NCBI GenBank assembly: GCA_004431415.1
Contig: QPMI01000520.1
Coordinates: 62,001 to 126,000 of the forward strand
DNA length: 64,000 nt
Direction of reading: 5' to 3'
Origin: Cyanophora paradoxa CCMP329
Taxonomy: Eukaryota; Plantae; Glaucophyta
Position numbers and translations under genes: made by a program. The notes beneath the pieces are model-generated. The model searched no databases. It saw only the letters and a program-made list of their open reading frames with translations, and was not told the origin of the DNA. Shown piece after piece: positions 32,454 through 43,500 of the stretch (position 1 is its first letter; each line of letters starts with the position of its first letter).

Positions 32454-35400
32454 ATGCCCCGCCAAACTAATAGACTTATCAAAGAAAAGAAAAATGAGAT
32501 TATCGGACTATTAGGAACCCTTTTAACCACCGGTGAAATCACAGAAGCCGAATTTGATAGAGAAGCCGCCATTTTAGATCGGAAGCCGCGACTACAACAA
32601 CTTACCGATATTGCTAATGACCTCTACGATCGTATGCAAAGAATGGAAGACTTTATGGACGAAGGACAACGCTTAGGAGCGATTGAACCCGAAGTAGAAG
32701 ATGGAGAGGCAATGAATCAGGCTTACTCGTGGCATTCTTACCGCGCAAGAAATCAAATAGTTGTCGATACTATCGATTATTTGGAACGCATCGCTACTAA
32801 CCTTCCACAGCGAATTAGAACGAAGTTAGAACAATTAAGAGCCGTTAAAGTCCGTCTTACATTCGTTTGTCGGTTCGTTAAAGTAAGTAATGAACGCATT
32901 TTTATTACTAAATACATTTACAGTGACTACTTTGTTATCACACGATCCCGTAATATAAATACGGAATTGCGTAAAGCTCTACAAGAAATGCAAGAACAAA
33001 TGAAACAAGTAGATAGTTACCGTTTGGATCGCTTAGAAATCCTTAGGGTAGTTATCATGTCTTACGCACCGGTGGGTGGTTGCTATTTTGCTACTCCCGA
33101 ATGGATCGCAAGAAAGAAAGCAACCGTTAACGTTAAGAATATCGACGGACAAGATTGTTTTAAATATGCTATTTTGGCTCGTCTACACCGAAAGGACATT
33201 AACCGCCATAAAAGCTATGATCCCATTCAATATCGCCGATGGCTTAATGAACTGAACTTTAATAATATCGAATTTCCGGTAGCATGCGATGCTGATGTTA
33301 TCGATCGATTCGAAGAACAGAACCCGGACTTATCGGTTAATATCTACGGTGCCGATAACGAAAAGGAGTCATTCTATCCGTTACATATGTCGAGCAATCC
33401 ACGTAGAAAGAATAAGATTAACCTTTTACTCATCGAAAATACGGAGGAGAATAGAGGACATTATGTAGCTATTGTGTCTCTAAGTCGCCTCCTTAAAACC
33501 ACGTTTGATAAAGCATGTGATGGACGCATTTATTACTGTGAAACCTGTCTATCACGTTTCCGATCTCAGGCGAAATTAGACCTACACATAGAAGCTAATC
33601 GGTGCATCGATTGGAGGGAAAGTAAGGGAAAATGTCCAAAACCCGATACTTACATGGAATTCGGATTAAAACACCTAAGAAAGACTGTATGGCTTCCTGT
33701 GATCTGTTACGTGAAAATCGAAGATCATTCGGTATCTGTGAGTGCAAACAAAACCAAACGCGAAATTAAAGCTGTGTCACTGAGAGTGGTAATAGGAGAA
33801 GAGGTGGTAGCTTTTCATTTTGAGGGAGCCGATCCTTTGGGTTCGCTGTTTGCCAAACTCATAGAAATAAGACCGCATGTAGTGCAAACTCTATTTAGAA
33901 ATATTCCCATGCATCCACTCACAGAAGATCAGAAGGCGGAATATAGAACCACAAAACATTGTTATATTTGCTTGCAACGATTCACAGCTGAAAACTTTTC
34001 GGTTCGCGATCACTGTCACCAAACGGGCGATTATATCGGGAAAGCATGCCGAAACTGTAACCTCCATAGGCGAATCTCTAAACAAACAAAGGTAGCTATT
34101 GTCGTAGATCAAATGGACGAATGCGGACATGGGATATTCCCAAAAAATAGCCCAACAAGACGATACCTTACGTGTGGAGATTCTAAGTAAAAATTTCGAT
34201 CAGTATCTATCGCTACAATGGGGCATGTGGAAATTCATAGATGCATCGCATTTTATGGATTTCCAAAGTGCAAATGTCGATGATCTTATGTTTAAATTCG
34301 AAGAATTCCGTAAATTGGCGTTCTCTCAATATGGATTAGATCCATGTCATTATGTTAGTGCTCCCGGTCTATCCTGGGATGCTATGTTAAAACATACAAA
34401 GGCAAAGATTGCACTTATCGATGATGTAGAGAAATACGAATTTATTGAAAGAGCTATTCGGGGTGGATTTGCTACTATGCCCACACGATATGCAAAGGTC
34501 GAAAATCCCGATGATCATATAGTTTTATTGGACGCAAATAATCTTTATGGTTATGCACTCAGCCAACCTTTACCTATTGGTGATTATCGATGGGAAGAAA
34601 CCACAGAGGCACTGAAAGAAGTAGAAGGACGAAATGCATTTATTGAGGTCGATTTAGAATATCCTATTTCCCTCGAAGATCATTATGATTTTCCACTTAT
34701 TGTGAATAAAGAAGTTATCACAACAGATATGTTAGGTGAATACCAACAAAACCTATTATATATGACAGGTGAAAAGTTAACCAAAGATCCACGCCTTACA
34801 GCAACATTTACACCAAAGACTAACTATGTTATCTCACAACCTCTACTTATCTATCTCGTTAAAAAGGGTGTAGTCATAAAAGCGATTCATAAGGTGATCT
34901 CATTCGCTACTTCTCCTTTCATGAAATCTTACATAGCTCTAAATACAAGACTACGACACGAATCAGGGAATAGATTCGAAAGCGACTTTTTTAAACTCAT
35001 GAACAATGCAATTTATGGAAAGTGCTTAGAATCTTGTAGGGGTCGCTCTTCTGTAAAGATCGCCAATAGTGAGAAACTATGTAAGAAATATGCCGCAAGT
35101 CCACTTATCAAAGCAACCAATGTATTAAACGAAAATGCCGTAGCCTTTGAAATGTATTCGAAACATGTAAACTTAGATAAACCCGTAGCTATTGGTGCTT
35201 TCGTTTTGGATTTCGCTAAGTTACATAATTATCAATTCTTCTATGAGGTGGTGAAAAAGAAATGGGAAACGGCTAAGCTACTATTCCACGATACCGATTC
35301 GTTCTGTCTATTACTGAAAACTGATAATCTAAATGCGGACATGAAAGCTATCGGTGAACACCCCGATAGGAGTAATTATAATCGCGATCATCCATTATAT

Positions 35401-35736
35401 AGTTTGTCGAATCGATTGACTCCGGGGAAGTATAAAAACGAATTCCCAAATGCAAAGATCTTAGAATATGTGGGTTTGAGATCGAAACTTTACGCTTTCA
35501 GAACTGAAACGTATGAGAAAATAAAGATGTCCGGGACAGCATCGAAGGAAGTCCATTTTGATGATTTTAAGAAATGTCTATTCGAAGGCATCACCAAAAC
35601 AGTAACAGTAAGAAACAAGCGACGGCAAGACCACAGCCTATATGATTTGGAGAGCAGAAGGGTTGCCCTAAACCAAATCGATAGCAAAAGGAAGATATCA
35701 AACGACGGCATTCACAGTGTTCCATTTGGTGTCTGA
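32454..35736 (+). CDS. polB: Protein-primed family B DNA polymerase (Polinton type) with vOTU-like and endonuclease VII domains; split by a +1 frameshift near 34140
   Basis: NIDGQDCFKYA and GHYVAI (OTU-like Cys/His), RDHCHQTG..GKAC..CN (EndoVII), YGLDPCHYVSAPGLSWDAMLK, motif A LDANNLYG, motif B KLMNNAIYGK, motif C HDTDS, VGLRSKLYA. Confidence 0.93.
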
Positions 35737-35894
35737 TACACTGTATCTATACTTCTCTTTTTATTTTTTCGGTCTCCTAAAAGTAATATACCTCGGAGGA
35801 TATGTAATAACCATATACATTTTTGAAATGGATCCTTTGGGTCAATTTCATAGAAATTAGGTATGGGGTTCTCTTTCCATACTGGGTCGTCCAT
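35712..35894 (-). CDS. Small viral hypothetical protein
   Basis: Short ORF (MDDPVWKENP...) convergent with polB; no recognisable motif. Confidence 0.3.
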   Translation of the reverse strand: MDDPVWKENPIPNFYEIDPKDPFQKCIWLLHILRGILLLGDRKNKKRSIDTVYQTPNGTL

Positions 35895-36066
35895 TATAAA
35901 TATATCAGAGATTAAGTAGGATGCGCACCATCTTAGCGAAAGTATTCCCATATGAGCTTGTCGATATCATAATGATCTATTACCATAAGACGTGTCCGAA
36001 TTGCTTTGATACTCGTATAATCACCAAAGGTAAATGTGGAAAAATTCTTATTTGTATGTCTAAAAT

Positions 36067-36339
36067 TTAATCAAAATACAACATAATCGGTTTCTCTTCT
36101 ATAACTATTCCCCATGTTGTCCTTTTTCTGTATGCATGAGAGTGTTTTTTAGAACACTGTCGGCAACCTGAACCCTTAATATGATTAAATCCGTAGGTTT
36201 GGAACGTTTTATTGCATTGTAAGCATCTAACAGATACCTTTTCTTGCGCTTTCTTATAAACAGTGTCGGTATAATCAAATTTATCCTTACCATGGACTGA
36301 CATAGCGGTATCTATAAACTTTCTTGTTTTTTCATCCAT
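36067..36339 (-). CDS. Stand-alone zinc-ribbon protein (DUF723/homing-endonuclease-associated type)
   Basis: FI..A..VHG.KFDY....Y.....KV...C..C...F......H..G.GC..C pattern. Confidence 0.7.
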   Translation of the reverse strand: MDEKTRKFIDTAMSVHGKDKFDYTDTVYKKAQEKVSVRCLQCNKTFQTYGFNHIKGSGCRQCSKKHSHAYRKRTTWGIVIEEKPIMLYFD

Positions 36340-36359
36340 TCCCTATATATACCTTAGAT

Positions 36360-37205
36360 TTATGGTAGCGGATCGCTACCGCCGATGGGATTGTATAGAT
36401 TGGTGTTAAGATATTGACCGAATCGGTTAGCTGTTGCGATTGCGTCGTTTCTTTCGGCATACATAATAACTCTATAATTTCCGAGTTGTGTAGCTCTTAT
36501 TATAAATTGGTTATCTTGCGTATCTAAAAGAGGTATTGAGTGGAACGCCTGACCGAAATTATCTATGGGGATAATATGTATTGTAAGGCGCGGTCTTGCT
36601 CCATCGGTTCTTCTACATAATGCGTAAATGTCCTCTGGTATCGTGTCTCTATATCTATAATTATTTCCTAAGGGTTCTAAGAAATCGGCTACCGCTGTTT
36701 CTAAATTTATAATGATCGTATAAATCTTTATTAGGTAAGGCTCATTCATACCTGGGCAATATGTCCTAATTCGTGTGTTCTCATCATCGGGATTTGGCTG
36801 ATCATTAACCAAAAGAGGCGCTCCAATGATACCACCGACTCGGAGACCATCACCAATGTAAGCGCCTCCCGATCTACATTTAATCGCTCCGTTTCTTGAT
36901 TCATAAGCGAAATTAGTAACCTTGTTATCATCATTATAACTATCGGGATCTCCATAAAAAGCATTAAAGTTTGCATTTGTTACAAGGAGTTTCGTAGTTT
37001 TCACAATTCCGTTATTTTTGTCACATCTTAACTCTTTCAGTCGCAATTTATGCGTATCACCAAAAGTATTAAGAGTAGGTGCAAGTTCGGTAGATTCTAA
37101 ACCATCGACATTATCGATAACAGCATGTTGTAATACGTGATTTGCCGGCGCGGCTAATGAAAGTTGCGCTGTTAAGATACGCTCAGGTGGAGCGGGTGCC
37201 GCCAT
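36360..37205 (-). CDS. Fibre/spike-like paralogue 4
   Basis: Shared N-domain LKELRCDKNNGIVKTT...RSGGAYIGDG with a divergent C-terminus. Confidence 0.65.
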   Translation of the reverse strand: MAAPAPPERILTAQLSLAAPANHVLQHAVIDNVDGLESTELAPTLNTFGDTHKLRLKELRCDKNNGIVKTTKLLVTNANFNAFYGDPDSYNDDNKVTNFAYESRNGAIKCRSGGAYIGDGLRVGGIIGAPLLVNDQPNPDDENTRIRTYCPGMNEPYLIKIYTIIINLETAVADFLEPLGNNYRYRDTIPEDIYALCRRTDGARPRLTIHIIPIDNFGQAFHSIPLLDTQDNQFIIRATQLGNYRVIMYAERNDAIATANRFGQYLNTNLYNPIGGSDPLP

Positions 37206-37224
37206 TTAATATAATAAAACATAA

Positions 37225-38067
37225 CTATGGTGTGGGATCACCTGGGAACGGATCATCGTAGAAGTTATTTAGATTGTTATCGGGATTGAGACCACGTGTA
37301 GCCGCCACAGCCGCTGGATCTGTTCGCATTCCGAAAATGAGAATATCGTAACCTCCTACTTCTGTCGTCCAAACATTGAACGTTTCGGGGTGCTGGTTGT
37401 CGAATTCCACCCAACCTCTACCGCGTCCGATTCCCTGAACAAAGAAAGTATAAGCCGGTCCGATAATACCATTTTGTGAACGACATATAGACTCAATAGA
37501 TTTAGGAATAGCAATATTTGGTAATAACCAATTTCCCATAATTCCATCGGGTTGTGTTGCATTTACGTTATCTACCCCAACTCTGACCATTCCAAACACA
37601 TACGGATAGTCTCCACACGGAGTATACATACGGATACGTTGCGGATTGTCCGCATGCTCAGGTAGAGTATCGGGAATATCGGTAACAGCAACGGAGGATG
37701 CAAGCATACCCGACACACGACAACCGCCGCCAATAACAGCGCCTCCTGATCGGACAACAGCGGCGGCACGTTCTCCATCAAAATCTAACGTTCTAATATC
37801 CACACCCCATGCGTCAGGTTGCCCAATACCCGCGTTAAAATTCGCATTTGTTACAAGAAGCTGAGTCGTTTTAACCACTCCCGAATTCTTGTCGGCTCGT
37901 AGTTCTTTAACACGTATCATACTGTTTTTATCGAATTCATTCGCGGAATTAGCGCGTTCGGTCGATTCCACACCGCGGATTTCATCAGCTACCTCATGTT
38001 GTCGAAAGTGGACGGCGGGCGATCCCAATGCGTAAACAGGTAATTGCACACGATTATATTCACCCAT
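37225..38067 (-). CDS. Fibre/spike-like paralogue 3
   Basis: Shared N-domain VKELRADKNSGVVKTT...RSGGAVIGGG. Confidence 0.65.
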   Translation of the reverse strand: MGEYNRVQLPVYALGSPAVHFRQHEVADEIRGVESTERANSANEFDKNSMIRVKELRADKNSGVVKTTQLLVTNANFNAGIGQPDAWGVDIRTLDFDGERAAAVVRSGGAVIGGGCRVSGMLASSVAVTDIPDTLPEHADNPQRIRMYTPCGDYPYVFGMVRVGVDNVNATQPDGIMGNWLLPNIAIPKSIESICRSQNGIIGPAYTFFVQGIGRGRGWVEFDNQHPETFNVWTTEVGGYDILIFGMRTDPAAVAATRGLNPDNNLNNFYDDPFPGDPTP

Positions 38068-38102
38068 TGCTTCTTTTACTAAGAAGGAAAGAAAAATAAT
38101 GT

Positions 38103-38369
38103 TCATTGCTCTTCTGTGACATTGTTATACTCGATGCCTTTCTTTACTGTTCCCCTTTGGAATGCCTGTAACACAATCGCTTCCTTTGAGGTTGGTATTT
38201 GAACTCCTGATGAGATGCAAGATTGAATTTCTTTTTGAACAATATCATCGATTGCGATTCTTGCCCTATTGTGAACCACATTATCGATCCAATCCTGAAC
38301 AGAAGCAGCGCAATATTCCATTCCCAACTTCTCAGTATCAGATAGAACAACTTGGTATATATTCGACAT
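38103..38369 (-). CDS. Phage-like small protein of the type found next to C1q-domain tail fibres
   Basis: LSDTE...MEY.A..VQDWIDN..HNRARIAIDDIV...C...GVQIP...EAIV..AF motif, recalled from aquatic tailed phages. Confidence 0.6.
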   Translation of the reverse strand: MSNIYQVVLSDTEKLGMEYCAASVQDWIDNVVHNRARIAIDDIVQKEIQSCISSGVQIPTSKEAIVLQAFQRGTVKKGIEYNNVTEEQ

Positions 38370-38390
38370 TCTTACTTTAAGATGAGAAAA

Positions 38391-39428
38391 TTAAGTGATG
38401 CTTAGAAGTTCAGCAGTAAACATTGTTCGACTTGAATAACCACCTGTGGTTCCTGTAACAAGTGTTACATATTCTCCCGCGGCAAGATTGAGAATAACAT
38501 TGATATAAAGAGGCTTAGCAGCTATTGTAGTCGAAGTTCCAAAAGTTGCGATAGAAAGACCACCAGGGTTAGTGTCATTCACCTGTAAAGTAAGACTTGC
38601 AGAAGCTGAACTTGTGGAGGCAGAGTTTACAGTAAATCTGTAATGACCAGCAACAGGAGCTGTATAGCGTCCATTGCCTTCATTAAAGGCATCTCTGTTA
38701 TCAATAAAAACGGTTGTCCAATTGATTAGAACAGCAGCACTTGTAGCAGTGTGTGAATAACCCAGTTGCGCACAGAATCGAGGTTGAAAATCATACTTTA
38801 AATAACAACTTAAATAACAACCTGTATTTAGGGTGAAACTATTGGCTTCCAGGGTTGCCATAACATCACTATTGCGTTTCAGAACCAGATTCGTGCTTGA
38901 TCCTGTATCTATTTCAGGTGTCACTATTTTGGTAGTTGCTGTCACAATAGATTGTTGCGCCCCAGGAACATACACACCACCATTGGCTGTTACCAAATCA
39001 TTAAATGTAGTTGCTCCTGTTACTGTGATTTGTTCAGTTGTGAGATTCCCATTTATTCTTGCTCCATCTCCAATGTATGCCCCTCCACTTTTTACCACAA
39101 GAGCAGAGTTATTACTTGTGTTATCAAAAGTAACTATTTTAGGTGTGGTGAACCCTCCCACATCATCATAAATAGCTGAATCTGGGACAATTGAACCCGA
39201 TTGAACTTGGTTCTTATTTGAAACTATTAAACCTGTGGTTCTTACCTTTCCATTATTGCGATCACATCGTATTTCTTTGCATCTTATCATAGAGTTTTGA
39301 GAAAATGAATCGGCTCCTGTTGTTTCAGTGCAAATAAACCCAGGGGTTGCATCTGTGACTGTGTGGTTAAGTTGATGTATTTTTGGGGCGGCATAACAGA
39401 AAACAGGAACGGCTATTTGTGTAGACAT
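38391..39428 (-). CDS. Fibre paralogue 2 with C1q/TNF-like head
   Basis: Shared N-domain plus PRFCA...FNEGNGRYTAPVAGHYRF...LNLAAGEYV...FTAELL. Confidence 0.75.
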   Translation of the reverse strand: MSTQIAVPVFCYAAPKIHQLNHTVTDATPGFICTETTGADSFSQNSMIRCKEIRCDRNNGKVRTTGLIVSNKNQVQSGSIVPDSAIYDDVGGFTTPKIVTFDNTSNNSALVVKSGGAYIGDGARINGNLTTEQITVTGATTFNDLVTANGGVYVPGAQQSIVTATTKIVTPEIDTGSSTNLVLKRNSDVMATLEANSFTLNTGCYLSCYLKYDFQPRFCAQLGYSHTATSAAVLINWTTVFIDNRDAFNEGNGRYTAPVAGHYRFTVNSASTSSASASLTLQVNDTNPGGLSIATFGTSTTIAAKPLYINVILNLAAGEYVTLVTGTTGGYSSRTMFTAELLSIT

Positions 39429-39450
39429 TCTTTATACTATATGGACAATA

Positions 39451-40524
39451 TTATATGGTGCTTACCAGATAGCAACCCAAATAACAGCGTTGGCTAATAG
39501 TGATAGTAACACCTGTTGAGTTTAATATTCCAACAGTGTCCCCCATGTTAAGAGTTAGTAATGTTTCGTATGTGATAGCCATTTGTCCTGTTAATGAACA
39601 TTGAAATTCGTAGTTGGATGCAATTCCATTTATTTGTAGCCGAAGGACAGTTGTATAAGAAGTCTGAGTATCTACCCTGAGAGCTGTAAAAAATACCCTG
39701 TATACACCAGCAACAGGTGCGGTAAATAAATACCAATCATTCCAATTGCCTTGATTGTTGACATAATAAGTGCCAAAACTTGGAACTGTAAAGGTAATTT
39801 GAGAGCCAGATGCCCATGATGATGTTGATATTGTCTGATTAGGTAATAGCTTTGTGACACAAAATCTTGGGCAATAAGTCCTTTTTAAATAGCAAGTAGG
39901 AGAAAGTGTAAATGATTTTATCTCTGTCTGTGCTACTGTCGTTTTTTCAAGAGTGACAATTGTATTACCATTTCGTTTATAGGTCGTATTGGAATCTGTT
40001 CCGTTACCAATCTCGGGTGCTTGAACTCTCAGAAATGCTTGAAGAGTCCCATAAATTATATTCCCTAAGAGACCATAGTTGATATTCATCAATTGAGTAA
40101 AAACGCTTGTCCCATTCACAGTCAATTGATTTGTTGTAACAGTCCCTACTACAATTGCTCCATCTTCAATGTAGGCACCTCCACTTCTGACTACAAGAGC
40201 TGAATTATTTATTGTGTTGTCGAAAGTTACTATTTTTGCTGTGGTGAATCCACCCACATTATCATATATTGCTGAATCGGGGACTACTTGACCCGCTTGA
40301 ACTTGATTTTTATTAGAGATAATAATACCTGTGGTTCTTATCCTACCATTATTGCGATCACATCTTATTTCTTTCACTCTCAGTATATTCCCTTCTGTAA
40401 AAGATGTATTGCTTGTGGTTTCAGTGCAAATAAAACCGGGTGTAGAGTCGACAACTTCATGGGAGGTGCTATGTAGTGATTTCGCGGCGAGTTCATAGTT
40501 TGGGATCTCTAAAAGGGAGGTCAT
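39451..40524 (-). CDS. Fibre paralogue 1 with C1q/TNF-like head (appears fused to the upstream fibre in the ORF track)
   Basis: Own ATG (MTSLLEIP) with AAAGATG context, aligned to the start of 38391-39428; FTAPVAGVYRVFF...LTLNMGDTV. Confidence 0.75.
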   Translation of the reverse strand: MTSLLEIPNYELAAKSLHSTSHEVVDSTPGFICTETTSNTSFTEGNILRVKEIRCDRNNGRIRTTGIIISNKNQVQAGQVVPDSAIYDNVGGFTTAKIVTFDNTINNSALVVRSGGAYIEDGAIVVGTVTTNQLTVNGTSVFTQLMNINYGLLGNIIYGTLQAFLRVQAPEIGNGTDSNTTYKRNGNTIVTLEKTTVAQTEIKSFTLSPTCYLKRTYCPRFCVTKLLPNQTISTSSWASGSQITFTVPSFGTYYVNNQGNWNDWYLFTAPVAGVYRVFFTALRVDTQTSYTTVLRLQINGIASNYEFQCSLTGQMAITYETLLTLNMGDTVGILNSTGVTITISQRCYLGCYLVSTI

Positions 40525-40543
40525 CTTTATAATTACGAAATAG

Positions 40544-43500
40544 TTAAATTGCGACAGCAATGTAATGGATTGTAACAGTTTTGGCTGTATTGTCCATTGC
40601 ATATGGATCAGTGAAAAGTTCACATGTGAAAAGTCACTGTAAACATTTAACAGGTTCACAGTAAAAATGACGGGAGTTACTTGATAATTTGGAGCTTGTC
40701 CTTCATGCCTTACTGTTGCTGTCACAACAGGAGGAGAAGCAAAGGCACTACTGAAATAGATGGTTAGATTGAACACATATAAATTATTGTAGTTCATAAC
40801 AGGAGTAGTGTAAACATACTTTCCTGCTTTTATTTTCCCATTGAAATATGAATTGAGTTGACTGGTAAGATCTGCTTCTGTAATGCATCTACTAATAGTG
40901 GAGCTATCTGTGGGGTTCATAGCATAAAAGTTTCTTGCATAAGCATTTCCTCTGACCAATAGAGTTTGATCATAATAATTCTGCGAATTGTGGAAAAACC
41001 ATGTTTCATCAAACATAGGTCCGGCTGGTTCTACTATCTGACCTGATCCTACATACATTGTGTTGTTGGCTCTTATAGTGGTTGCTGTGAATGGATCGAG
41101 AGTTGGTTTATTGGTCAGGTCATTGTAGTTGCCCGAAAAAATCGCTGGTTTGTTATAAATATCTGTATTCCAATCATGAGTGTGTGCAAAATCTGTAATC
41201 TCTGCCTTTGTGTGATTGTGGGCAAAATCTGTTATCTCACTCTTTACATGAGTGTGTGCGAAATCTGTGATTTCAGATTTTACATGAGAGTGAGCGAAAT
41301 TAGTAATATCTGCTCGGGTGTGATAGTGTGCAAAATCTGTAATTTGGGACTTGGTGTGAGTGTGTGCGAAATCTGTGATTTCTGCCTTTGTGTGGGTGTG
41401 TGATCTATTATTAAGATCGAGGAAGCTACCCGAAAATGCAACAGGGTGTAGATTTGCTGCGGTGGGTTTATTAATTAGATCATTATAATCTCCTGTGAAT
41501 GAAATGGTTTTTAGCTCTCCCCTTCCTACATAATCAGATGGTAGATCAATCTTTATAGGCATAATCGCTGGATCATCAGGAATCACATATTCACCTCCTG
41601 GATGAACCACAGGAAAGGTTTGATTACATTCAGTGTGGACAAAAAAGTTACATGCTGTAACTGTTCCATCAATAATCCCACCTGTTAGAGGAAGGTAATC
41701 ACCTGTTACACCAATATTTATACCTGCAATGATTGTATTCAGTTCGGTTTCATCTATGTAGTTTTGGGCTTGTAGGTAATCTTCTGTAACAATTCTTGAA
41801 ATTGTTTCATTGTGGATGTTTTTCGCTGAGGCTCTCTGATTGATTTCTAAGACCCCCTCACCGACTCCACCATTATAATTTGTTTTTATCCATGATATCT
41901 CGCATCTCTTGTAATCATCTCGATTTCCCAAAAGTGCATCTGGTAACAGTCTCTCTCTGCTGAATATTAATTTCGGTCTTGATGAATCCAAATCACTCAC
42001 ATCAGTAACATTAATCTGTATTGCTGCATCTTTGTCATCATAGTTAACTGGATCAGATGGTAGAGATACTAAACCTCCTGTCATCGGGATGTCATCAGCG
42101 TAGTAGCTTGTTAGATAGATACCTGGTTTGGTGTCTAATGCTCCAAAGTTCCCGCCTGCTGCAATCATCTGCATTCTTGTGGGGGGTCTAATGTATAATT
42201 CGCCTTCCATTGTGGTGCCTGCATCTATTCCTTTGCGATTCACATAGTAGTCATTTAATTGTAACCTTTCAGGTATGGTATTGCTCTGATAGAGACTTAC
42301 ACCATCTGTAAAATCTGTTAATATATTTCCTGCTGATGCAAACTTAGGCTGGTCATCTATTTCGCTCCACATGTGCCTATGGGCAAAATCCTCGATCTCA
42401 TCTTTGGTATGGGTGTGGTTTGCTATCCAATCTAAAACAACATTAGAAGTAGGATGATGTGGAAGGTTTGCTTCTATATTCACAGTCAAATAATCGACGA
42501 CTAAGTTGCTGGAATAAAGATTACTTGCCCAAAGGTTACTGGTGTAAATGTTACTTGCTGAAATGTTGCTGGTGTAAATGTTACTCGCCCATAGGTTACT
42601 TGTGTAAATGTTACTTGCTGAAATGTTACTGGTGTAAATGTTACTTGTGACTGTAAGGTTTGTATCATTTTTTATCACGAATAATGAAAGAATATTAGTA
42701 AGTTCTCCTTCGTCAATGTATCCCTGTTCTTCTAAATAATCCTCTGTTACCACTCTCGATATATCTTCATTGTGTATGTTTTTGGCGCTTGCTCTTTGAT
42801 TGATTTCTAATAAACCTTCACCAACTCCGCCATTATAATTTGTTTTTATCCATGCTACCTCACATCTTCTATAATCATCTCGATCTCCTATAAAAGTATT
42901 AGGTAAAAGACGCTGCCGAGTAAATACTAATTTTGGTCTCGATTGGTCAAAATCGCTTACATCTGTAACATTAATTTGTATTGCTGCGTCTTTGTTATCA
43001 TAACTATTTGGATCTAATGGAAGCGACGGTATAGGAGGTAATACATCTGTCATCGGGATATCCTCAGGATAGAAGCTTGTTAAATAAATTCCGGGTTTCG
43101 TCTCATACAAACCAAAATTACCATTAATTGGTAAAATCCCTTCTCTTCTGGGTGGTCTAATGTATAATTCGGCTTCCATTCCTGTTCCTGCTTCTATTCC
43201 CATGCGATTAAGGTAGTGGTCATTTAATTGTAATCTTTCTTCTATGTTGATATTTCTATAAAGACTTACACCATATTGGAAATCTGTTAATACATTTTCT
43301 GCGGATGCGAAAGTAGGTTGCTCATCGATTTCGTCCCAATTATGCCTGTGGTCTGCTGGTGGAAATTCAGTAGGTATGTTATCTAAATCTTCCCAATCGT
43401 GCCTATGCTCTGTCGGTGGGAATCTTTCCGGTTTGTTTAGAATGTCATCCCATTCGTGTTCGTGGGGATCTGGTGGGAATGTGTCGGGTTTGTTAATAAT

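Noticed and set aside
34136-34148. Programmed -1 frameshift at C CCA AAA in polB
   Set aside because: The downstream ORF is in the +1 frame, so a -1 slip would not join them.
38391-40524. Diversity-generating retroelement acting on fibre genes
   Set aside because: No reverse transcriptase in the window; similarity is in the N-terminal domain and differences are not adenine-specific.
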